In this document: in pieces, positions 1 through 9,742 of the stretch | Layout of the letters: each line of letters starts with the position of its first letter | How positions within the stretch are numbered: the first letter of the stretch is position 1 | Assembly: GCF_001194135.2 (NCBI RefSeq) | Contig: NC_068998.1 | Coordinates: forward strand, 38,888,476 to 38,952,475 | DNA from: Octopus bimaculoides | Taxonomy: Eukaryota | DNA: 64,000 nt | Direction: 5' to 3' | Notes under the pieces: generated by a model | What the model saw: only the letters and a program-made list of their open reading frames with translations | The model's database searches: none | What the model was told of the DNA's origin: nothing | Made by a program: the position numbers and the translations under genes

Positions 1-83
1 CAAGTGTCTTCTACTATAGCTTCAGGCTGACCAAACCCTTGTGAGTGGATTTGGGAGACAAAAACTGAAAGAAGCCTGTTGTA

Positions 84-136
<53 letters not shown>

Positions 137-385
137 ATATATATATGTATACATTCATGTGTGTGTGTGTATGTCTGTGTTTGTACCCTTGCCATCGCTT
201 GACAACTGATGCTGGTGTATTTACATCCCTATAACTTAGCAGTTCACCAAAAGAGACTAATAGAATAAGTACTAGGCTTACAAAGAATAAGTCCTGGGAT
301 CAATTTCTTCGATTAAAACCCTTTCAGGTGGTGCTCTAGCATGGCCACAGTCAGACGGCTGAAACAAGTAAAAGAATAAAAGATG
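1..385 (+). mobile_element. tRNA-derived SINE (family B, CORE-like segment), 5' end cut by window edge
   Basis: caagtgtcttctactatagc...ttgtgagtggattt...gaaactgaaagaagcc, internal TA/CA microsatellite, tail ...catggccacagtc...gaaacaagtaaaagaataaaaga; same sequence recurs many times in the window. Confidence 0.8.
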
Positions 386-769
386 TTGCTGGTTCATTCT
401 CAGTTAGACAAAACCAGCAGTTACATTACTGGAGGGCATTCATTTAACCCAACCATATCAGGCCCAGATATTTTGCCTGTTTTATGTCCAAAGAGGCCAG
501 ATTCAGCCTCTTACACCTACCCTACAATGTCATTCTAAAAATAAACAGGCATGAGATAATATAGGATTAATTCAAAACAATGTGAAATGCACTGCATTGC
601 ATTTGACTGAGTAATTTGAATGTTGAATGGTTAATCTCTGAGTTTCCGGACAAACTGGGACGGAGATTAAGAGTTTTCTCCATTTCTTAAACTAAATAAG
701 TGGAAATGAGCACAACTCCCAAGTAACAAGTAACAATGGAATGAATTACAAATTGCTACTCAATTTGTA

Positions 770-1221
770 TGTATGTGTGTGTGTATGTATGCATGAATGC
801 ATGCATGCATGCATGCATGCATGCATGCATGCATGTATGTATGTATGTATGTATGTATGTATGTATGTATGCATGCATGCATGTATGTATGCATGCATGT
901 ATGTATGTGTGTATGAATGTATGAATGTATGTATGTATGTATGTATGTATATGTGTGAGTGAATGTATTTATGTTTGTATGTATACATGTATGTGTGTAT
1001 GTGTGTGAGTGTGAATGTATTTATGTGTGTATNNNNNNNNNNTATATGTGTGTATATGTATGTCTATGTTTGTGCATGTATGTATGTATCTATGTATGTA
1101 TGCATGTGTATGTATATATATGCATATATATATATATGTATGTTAATATGTACACATGTTTGCATCCATTGTATGTATGTGTATATGTATTATCCCAAAC
1201 ACATACACACATATGTATACA

Positions 1222-1282
<61 letters not shown>

Positions 1283-1330
1283 TAGCCCAACAGAATTGCT
1301 TCTTCTTGTATTTGTTGCTCCATTCTCCAC

Positions 1331-1368
<38 letters not shown>

Positions 1369-1646
1369 ATGTATGTATATGTATATACACACATACACAC
1401 ATATAAACATTTATCTTACTATGAAATCAAAGAAATATCCAAATGAGATAATTAACTGAGGTGGTAGGGAGATGGGAGCGGGCAGAGATATTATGGGTTA
1501 AATACACTTTAATACAAACAGCAAAATTGCACTTTGAAGAAGAAACAAAAGAATCGGAGCTGTAAACTAGCAGAAAGAATATAGTTGTATTTTTCACAAA
1601 AAACAACTGTATTTATTATTATTATTATTATTATCATCATCATCAC

Positions 1647-1677
<31 letters not shown>

Positions 1678-2003
1678 GAAATTGATTGAACACAATATTA
1701 ATAACATAAAATAACATAAAAATATAAATAGATAAGGAATCAATATTAAAACTGTTTAACGAAATGGGATTACATTTTATGATAAAAATAAGAGTAATGT
1801 GCAAGATGTGTATGTGTATACATGCGTATGTATGTGTGTATGTATGTGTGCGTGCGAGTGTATGTATGTGTGCAAGTATGTATGTATGCCTATATGTGTG
1901 TATGCAAGCATGCATGTACATATGTATATATGCATGCATATATGTATGTATGTAGGTATGTATATATGCATGTATGTATGTGATCGTGCATAGGAACACG
2001 CGC

Positions 2004-2034
<31 letters not shown>

Positions 2035-2044
2035 NNNNNNNNNN

Positions 2045-2085
<41 letters not shown>

Positions 2086-2614
2086 TATATATATGTATAT
2101 ATATATAAATATACATGTATATATATCTATATGTGTATGTGTGCTTGTGTATGCATGTATATGTAAATTTATGTAGAGTACATATGTATATATTTATAAT
2201 ATATGTGTGTGTGTGTGAGTGTGAGTGTGTGTGTATTTGTGAGTGTGTGTGTATTTGTACGTGTGTGTATCTGTATGTATGTATGTATGTATGTATGTAT
2301 GAGTACATAAATGTATGTACGTGTGTATGTATATATATATAGATGCATACACACACACACACACACAAGCACACACACACACACAAGCACACACACACAC
2401 ACACACACACATACGTTTTTATTATTAGATTATAATCATAAATTTTATAACACTTGACTCAATTAATATGAGAAATCAGAAAATTGTATTTCTTGAAAAC
2501 TCAATTTCTTTGTTTCACTTATTCCTTCCTTCCTTCCTTCTTTCATATTTTTTCTCCTTTTTCTTCTTCTTCTTCTTTCCTACTCTCTTTTTTTCCTTCT
2601 TTCTTTCTCTTTCT

Positions 2615-2650
<36 letters not shown>

Positions 2651-2720
2651 TCTCGCTCTCTTTGCACAAAAGTACATAGATTAAGAAAAATAAAGAAAAA
2701 TAATAATAATAATAATAATA
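770..2720. repeat. Compound microsatellite field (TATG/CATG, TA, CA, ATT, CT, AAT) with two 10-N gaps
   Basis: Directly visible tandem di-, tri- and tetranucleotide runs; gaps at 1033-1042 and 2035-2044. Confidence 0.95.
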
Positions 2721-2729
2721 AAAATAAAG

Positions 2730-3260
2730 AAATGCGAAACAAGACCATAATGCAATTTGCTTAAATAGCAATAACTTTTTATATTAAATTTACGACTGAA
2801 ACATTCACATCTTCTAAACTGTACCAATGGTAGTACAAAGGAGATAAGCTTGTTTCCAAAATACAGCAATCCGCAAGGAAAAAGCAGATGTGTGAAATAA
2901 TGCAATTATTCGATTAGTGAGATTCCCAACTCGAGCTGGCTTGGCACATTTCGAAAATGTTTGATTAGCAAACTTATTTTGAGCTGCCTACATGGAGCTG
3001 TAGCTATCATTCTTTCCATTTTAAAATTTATCAGCCACAATTAGAAGTGCAAAGCCTCTCGGCTCTTCAGTATTTGTTGAACCTTTGCGTATGCACGGAT
3101 CCAAGAGGTCACAGTCACCTTTGTTGTATGATAGTTGGGTATTGGTTCAAGTCGTGTGTTGTGTGCATTCTGTGTGTGTGTGTGAGTGGTTAGTGAATGA
3201 GTATACAAATGCACTGTGGCAGCTTTTCGACGTTGACTTGATGGATGTTGTGTGTATATG
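2730..3260. promoter_or_regulatory. Unique, CpG-retaining segment (possible regulatory region or UTR exon)
   Basis: Non-repetitive, with many CG dinucleotides (atccgcaagg, ctcgagc, ttcgaaa, ctcggctc, tgcgtatgcacgg, ttcgacgttg) compared with the flanks; no convincing ORF. Confidence 0.25.
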
Positions 3261-3627
3261 CAGATTAAATAGAAACATTGAGTAAATAGACACAGTGGGT
3301 ATATATGTTGAGTCGATTGTCACTATCTTTTACTAGATTCGGTCATTAGATTGTGGCCATGCTGGGGCACAAATCAGCTCTAGTACTTTTCTCTTTAAGT
3401 CTGATGCTTATTCTATTGGCCCCCTTTTCTGAACTGCTGAGTTAAGAGGCTGAAAAGAAACCAAAACCAGTTGTCAAGTGGTGATAGAGGAAAAACACAG
3501 ATACAAAGACAGACAGACATGGACATACACAAACACATGCACACACACACACACACACACACAATGGCCTTCTTCCAGTTTCCTTCTACCAAATCCATTC
3601 ACAAGGTTTTGGTTGGCCTGAGGTTAT

Positions 3628-4025
3628 ACTCTTTTACCCTTTTACTTGTTTCAGTCATTTGACTGTGGCCATGCAGGAGCACCGCCTTTATTCAAGCAAA
3701 TCGACACCAGGACTTATTCTTTGTAAGCCTAGTACTTATTCTATCGATCTCTTTTGCCGAACCGCTAGGTTACGGGAACATAAATACAACAGCATTGGTT
3801 GCCAAGCGATGTTGGGGCGACAAACACAGACACACAAACATATACATACATATATACGACGGGCTTCTTTCAGTTTCCATCTACCAAATCCACTCACAAG
3901 GCTTTGATCGGCCCGAGGCTATAGTTGAAAGACACTTGCCCAAGGTACCACGCAGTGAGACTAAATCCAGAACCATGTGGTTTGTAAGCAAGCTACTTAC
4001 CACAGCCACTCCTACACCCATATAT
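3628..4025 (-). mobile_element. tRNA-derived SINE (family B), near full length
   Basis: Reverse strand reads ggagtggctgtggtaagtagcttgcttacaaaccacatggttctggatttagtctcactgcgtggtaccttgggcaagtgtctt (tRNA-like head then accttgggcaagt CORE-like motif); other copies at about 3330-3625, 16195-16710, 37830-38145, 59790-60155, 62930-63305. Confidence 0.85.
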
Positions 4026-4547
4026 ATAGTAGAAGATACTTGCACAAGGTGCAATGCAGGTGGACTGAACATAGATCCATGTGGATGGGGCGCAAGCTTC
4101 TTACCACACGCTCACAACTGTGCCTGTCACGTAGCCATCATCCATAGCTGTTGAGTGAAAAGATACAGTGTTCCTATCTAAAGAATCAGTGTTTTGCTAA
4201 CATGTTGGCTAAACATGTTTGCATGGAGATGTTGACTAAGTAGACAGTGTGAACAAGTTGACTCAGTATAGACACAGAGTGTAGATGTTGACTATAGAGA
4301 CACAGACATTAAGATATTGGCTTCAAATATTGGCACAAAACCAGCAATTTCGGGGAAGTGGGTCAGTCAATTACATCGATCCCAGTGTTTGATTGGTACT
4401 TATGTAAGCAACACCCGAAAGGATAAAAGGTGAAATCAATCCCAGCAGTATTTGAACACAGAACGTTAAGCCAGGTGAAATGCTGCTAAGTATTTTGTCT
4501 TGCATGGTAACAATTCTGTCAGCTCACCGTCTTACAGTGTGTGGATC

Positions 4548-4925
4548 ATCGTCATCATTTAACGTCCATTGTCAATGCTGGCATGGGTTGGATGGTTTGA
4601 CTAGAGCTGGCAAGCTGGAAGGCTGCACCAGCCTCTAGTCTAATTTGGCATGGTTTCTATGGCTGGATGCTCTTCCTAACGCCAACCACTCCGAGAGTGT
4701 AATAGGTGCTTTTCTGTGCCACCAGCACAGGTGCCATTTGTGTGACACCAGTACCTGCCATCACTGTGATTTTACTTGGCTTCATGGGTCTTCTTTTCAT
4801 GCACAACATAATGCCAAAGATCTCGGTCATTGCCTCCATGGGGCCCAACACTCAAAAGGAGTTTTCCATGTGCCACCGGCATCAACCACTTAGCCTCAAT
4901 GAGGCCCAACGTTCAAAAGGTGCTT
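4548..4925 (-). mobile_element. 3' end of an RTE-clade LINE (5'-truncated), (GAT)n tail
   Basis: Reverse strand gtgttgggccccatggaggcaatgaccgagatctttggcattatg aligns by eye with the RTE ORF end at 63920-64000; ends ...catgccagcattgacaatggacgttaaatgatgacgatg. Shorter tails at about 5775-5915, 6190-6370, 15780-15935, 20400-20640, 21160-21315, 23150-23530, 41350-41495, 43070-43210. Confidence 0.75.
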
Positions 4926-6732
4926 TTTATGTGCCATCGGTTTCAAATTTTGATACAAGGCCAGAAACTCTGGAGGATGAGGGGGTAAGTTGATTACATC
5001 AACCCCAGTATTCAAATGGTCCTTATTTTGCCCATGCTAACGACTCTGCCAGTTCACTACGTTCAATATTGTACATATTGATTTCAATTTTTGGCTTACT
5101 AATAATAACAATCATTGTAATAATAATAATAATAATGGTTTCAAATTTTGGCACATAGCCAGCAATTTCAGAGGAGGGAGTAAGTCAATTACACTGACCC
5201 CCCCCCCCACCAGTGCTCAACTGGTACTTATTTTATCAATTCCAAAAGGACGACAGGTAAAGTCCACCTTGGCGGAATTTGAACTCAGAACATATAGACA
5301 GACAAACTGATGCTAAGCATTTTGCTTGGCATGCTAATGATTCTTATTTCTTTATTGCCCACAAGGGGCTAAACATAGAGGGAATTAAACAAGGACAGAC
5401 AAAGGGATTAAGTCGATTACATCGACCCCAGTATGTAGCATCTTAAGTTTCAGGGCCCCAATATTGTGGATCCACCACTGGGTATCCGGTTCACAGCCAT
5501 AAGGACAGGAATGTGTCCTTGAGCAAGAAGCTTTATTTCATGCTGCTCCTGTCCACTCAGCTAGCAAAAATGAGTAGCACATGTATTTCAAAGGGCCAAC
5601 CTTGTTACATTCTGCGTCACACTAAATCACCCTGAGAATCATGTTAAGGGTACATGTGTCTGCAGGAGTGCTCAGCCACTTGTAAGTGAATTTCATGAGC
5701 AGGCTGTTCAGTTGGCCAATTCAACCAGAACCCTTGTCATCGTAAGTGACAGAGTACCAATTTTAGAGTACTCTCAGAGTGGTTGGCGTTAGGAAGGGCA
5801 TCCAGCTGTAGAAACTCTGCCAGATCAGATTGGAGCCTGGTACAGCCTTCTGGCTTGCCAGTCCTCAGTCAAATCGTCCAACCCACGCTAGTATGGAAAG
5901 CGGACATTAAACAATGATTAAACAATATACAGTGTACATGTTCAGAGGCTAGACACTGTGCACAGATGTTTATGAAACCTTTAGTGTTCAGACTACTCTG
6001 TCAGCTGTTATGCATATTTTGAATTTATCCTGCATTATTTTGTATCCCTGAGATTTCAATGATGTGATTGTTTACGTTCAAAATTACATAAACACTGCAG
6101 ATGTTGACTAAGTAAGTAGCATGCAAATATTGAATATTTAAATAGTGTTCATATTTTTAATGTAAAATACAAGCATCATCATCATCATCATAATCATTGT
6201 TTAACACCTTTTACGCTGGCATGGGTCGGACAGTTTAACAGGAGTTGGATAGGTAGAAAACTATGCCAGGTTACTGTGTCTGTTTTGACATGGTTTTTAT
6301 GGCCGGATGCCCTCCCTAACACCAACTGACCTGCAGAGTGGACTGAGTAATTTTTATGTGGCACCAACACATAAAAAGCACTCAGTCATCATCATCATCA
6401 TCATCGCAGTATGCAGCTAGTACTTATTTTATCGATCTCCCCAAAAGAACAAAAGGCAAAGTCACCCTCAACAGAATTTGAACTCAGAACGTAAAGACAG
6501 ACAAAATGCCACTAAGCATTTTGCTCGGTGTGCTAATGGCTCTGCTTGCTTGTCACCTTGTAGTGTGTATATATTGAGTGTATATATAGAAAAGTATGTA
6601 GATTATGAGCGGTTACATAAATACAGTGTATAAATTTTGATTGGGTAGACACAATGTTATATTTTAACTGGTTAGATATATTCAGTGTGTAGAAGTTGGC
6701 CGACTAAGAATGATATACCCAAGGTACATTAA

Positions 6733-7141
6733 CCCTTTAGCACCCAGATTACACTCTCAAATGTAATGCTTATTTACTCACATTGTTCTGAATGAACCAT
6801 GCATTATCTTGTAGCTTTGAGATTTCAATGACTTGATTGTTTATTTTTACAATGACATTGCAGGGTAGGTGTCAGAGCCCTGATCTGGCCTTTTTGATCA
6901 TAAAACAGGTAAATTATTTAACCCTTTAGCATTCAGATTAATTTGTCAAAAGTAATCCTTATTTATTCACATTTAAAAAAATTTATCTGATATTATTTTG
7001 TAGCTTCAAGATAGGAAAGATGTAATTGCTTATTTTTAGAATGACATTGCAGGGTAGGTGTGAGAGGCTGGTTCTGGCCAGTTTGAGCATAAAATGTGTA
7101 GAATATTTGGGCCGGATACAGCCAGTTTAAACACTAAAGGG
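6733..7141. mobile_element. piggyBac-type MITE: truncated copy (6733-6917) followed by a complete copy (6922-7141)
   Basis: TTAA|CCCTTTAGCA... at 6729 and 6918; right end ...ACTAAAGGG|TTAA at 7141-7145; fragments also at about 430-570 and 5990-6090. Confidence 0.8.
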
Positions 7142-7689
7142 TTAAGGTAGATATGGCTGGGTGCTTAAGGAGTGAATAAGTACCAATTTGGGCTTTGAAA
7201 GGAGAGTTGTCAAAAAAAGAAGTGTTTGAAGAATTGGTTAATCTTTGACTTCTGGAATACTTTCAGAAAAATAAAGAATGAACCTCAGTAAAAGTTTATA
7301 TTTTCTCAAAATTTCTCTCTCCATAAATGTCTGAGGTATTTTTTTCATCTTCTAGATAACTGAAGTTTATAAAAAAATATTATAAATGGTAATTTAGTTA
7401 CCAATGCATAAAAAAAAAAAAAGAAAAACAGTAATGAGTTTAAAAATGTTCTAGTGCTTCGTGTTGCTAAACAATTTTCTCATGCAGAAATAATTTATTA
7501 TTCCTGTCAAAATTTATTTCCTTTTTTTTTCAGTTTTTTTTTTTTTTTTTTTCCATAAAAAGCATAACTTTCTACTAAATTTCTTTCCATGGCTGATATA
7601 AAACTCACTACTTTTCATTTTAATTTTATTGAATTGTATTCTCAACCAATCTCGACTTTTATTTCCAATTCTAAAATTGCTATTTTTTC

Positions 7690-8465
7690 ACACAGATCTG
7701 TACTTTTCCCTGAGAATTATATTTTACAAACAGCGCTATATTTTTCACAGAGTGCCATATTTTTCACAGAGTGCCATATTTTTCACTAAGAATTATATCT
7801 TTCAGTAAAAGCTATATTTTACAAACATAGCTATATTTTTTTTCTTTTTTACACAGAGCTGTATTTTTCACTGGAAATTATATCTTTCAATTAGAACTAT
7901 ATTTTACAAACAAGCCTATATTTTTCTCACAGGCCTATACTTTTCCCTGAGAACTCATCATCATTATCATCATCATTTTAAAATCTACTTTTCCATCTTT
8001 TCATGGGTCAGAAGGAATTTGTTGACGAAGATTTTCTGTAGCTGGATGCCCTTCCTGTCACCAACCTGTCTCCAAGCAAGGTAATATTTCCCCACAGCCA
8101 GATGTGTTTCCACGGAATATTGGAAATGAATGACACCGCTTGTATAACAGTGACACGCATTTACAATAAACACATGAACGCAAAACAGGAAGACATCAAA
8201 ATACACATATATACAATACACACTATGGGCTTCCACACAGTTTCTGCCTACAAAATTCACTCACAAAGTATTGGTCTGCCTGAAGTTATAGTAGAAGACA
8301 CTTGTCCAAGGTGCCATGCAGTAGGACTGAACTTGGAATCACATGGTTGGAAAACAAGCTTCTTAACCACAGAGCCACACCTGCACCAAGCTATATATTT
8401 TCACAGAGAACTACTTTTCTCCGAGAGTTATATCTTTAAATGAAAAGCAAACTTTTTCACTCAAG
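7690..8465. repeat. Degenerate minisatellite (tatttttcacagag-type units) interrupted by a SINE
   Basis: Exact tandem atatttttcacagagtgcc near 7738-7780; related units continue at 8395-8465 after the 7955-8390 insertion. Confidence 0.6.
7955..8390 (-). mobile_element. Composite SINE: tRNA head, CORE-like body and RTE-like 3' tail
   Basis: Reverse strand: tRNA-like head at about 8390, caccttggacaagtgtcttc, then caggaagggcatccagctac...atggaaaagtagattttaaaatgatgatgat, matching the RTE tail family; related pieces at about 11280-11620, 21470-21660, 28690-28935. Confidence 0.7.
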
Positions 8466-8469
8466 TGAA

Positions 8470-8684
8470 TTCTTTTCTACTCTAGACACAAGGCCTGAAA
8501 TTTTGAGGAGGGGCATGTCAGTTGATTAGATCGACCCCAGTATGCAACTGGTACTTAATTTATTGACCCTGAAAGGATGAAAGGCAAAGTCGACCTCGGC
8601 GGAATTTGAACTCAGAGCGTAAAGATGGACAAACTACCGCTAAGCATTTCAACCGGTGTGCTAACATTTCTGCCAGCTCACCGC
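8470..8684 (-). mobile_element. SINE family A (aaggcggcgagctggcagaa head) with 15-bp TSD
   Basis: TSD TTTCACTCAAGTGAA at 8455-8469 and 8685-8699; B-box-like gagttcaaattcc on the minus strand. Confidence 0.85.
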
Positions 8685-9075
8685 TTTCACTCAAGTGAAG
8701 GCACCACCTTCAAGGGTTTTCAGTCAAACAAATTGACCCGAAGACTTTTTTTTTAACACCTATTATTTATTCTATTTGGTCTCTTTTGCAGAACCGCTAA
8801 GTTACAGAAACATAAACACACCAACAGTTGTCAAGCAGTCATGGGGGACAAACAGAGACACAAAGACACACACACACACACACACATACTTATATTCAGT
8901 TAAGTTTATGGCCATTCAAGTTTATGGTTTCGTATCCATAAAGGGCCTGGCCCTATGAATGGCTTGTCCAACTCTAAAGCCAAACACATATATAACTCTT
9001 CAACTGTTGGAGGCAAGAATCCATTACGGTCAGTTAGTATATATTAGTGCGCATGTATAAATATATATATATTAA

Positions 9076-9203
9076 AGTAATACAGTTAATGTCTGGTCAT
9101 AGAGTGACCAATGGACTAGAGTCTGATGAGTCATCCGCGAAGCTACAGCCTTTGTGGATGCAAAGCCATTGGTCACTCTATGACCAGATATTAACTTTAT
9201 TAC
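9076..9203 (+). mobile_element. Small fold-back element carrying a decayed hammerhead ribozyme; host of the 9204-9742 insertion
   Basis: About 38-bp inverted repeat (gtaatacagttaatgtctggtcatagagtgaccaatgg / ccattggtcactctatgaccagatattaactttattac); TTAA at 9072-9075 and 9759-9762; hammerhead motif 9117-9180. Confidence 0.6.
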
Positions 9204-9742
9204 AGTTCTATATTTAAGAGATGAGGAATTATTTACATTTGATGGATATTTGTCCTCATCTTATTTGCTGTTAACACGTTTCGGCTGATATACCCTCCAG
9301 CCTTCATCAGGTGTCTTGGGGAAATTTCGAACCTGGGTTCTCATTCCTAAGGTATTTTTCGATGTCATTATTATTATTATTATTATTATTACTATTATTA
9401 TTCAGGTCACTGCCTGGAATTAAACTCAGAATCTCGGGGTTAGTAGCCTGCGCTCATAACCACTATGCCACTACGCCATATGCCCATGGGCATATGGCGT
9501 AGTGGTTAAGAGCGCAGGCTACTAACCCCAAGATTCTGAGTTCGATTCCAGGCAGTGACCTGAATAATAATAATAATAATAATAACAACAACAACATCGA
9601 AAAATACCTTAGGAATGAGAACCCAGGTTCGAAATTTCCCCAAGACACCTGATGAAGGCTGGAGGGTATATCAGCCGAAACGTTGTTAACAGCAAATAAG
9701 ATGAGGACAAATATCCATCAAATGTAAATAATGTAATTAATG
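9204..9742. mobile_element. Palindromic head-to-head dimer of a tRNA-headed SINE with a Penelope-like hammerhead tail
   Basis: Symmetry centre gcccat|gggc at 9486/9487; A-box TGGCGTAGTGG 9495-9505; B-box GAGTTCGATTCC 9538-9549; CTGATGA 9649-9655 and GAAACGTT 9677-9684; 15-bp TSD TATTAACTTTATTAC at 9189-9203 and 9743-9757. Confidence 0.85.
9644..9689 (+). ncRNA. Minimal type I hammerhead ribozyme motif (mirror copy on minus strand about 9272-9315)
   Basis: CUGAUGA + extra A + stem II GGCUG/CAGCC + GAAA + palindromic AACGUU with GUU triplet; stem I weakened in this copy (family form gacac/gugUU seen at about 38260). Confidence 0.6.

Noticed and set aside
741-2412. ORFs rich in YI, CV, HT and MYVC repeats (also at 14-15, 32, 51 and 62 kb)
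   Set aside because: Translations of microsatellites; open in several frames on both strands.
3050-3075. CUGAAGA-GCC-GAGA-GGC on the minus strand, resembling a hammerhead start
   Set aside because: Followed by UUUG rather than GAAA; no stems I or III.
9488-9560. tRNA-like sequence with A and B boxes
   Set aside because: SINE head: no proper acceptor stem, and it runs into repeat sequence; no true tRNA gene found in the window.
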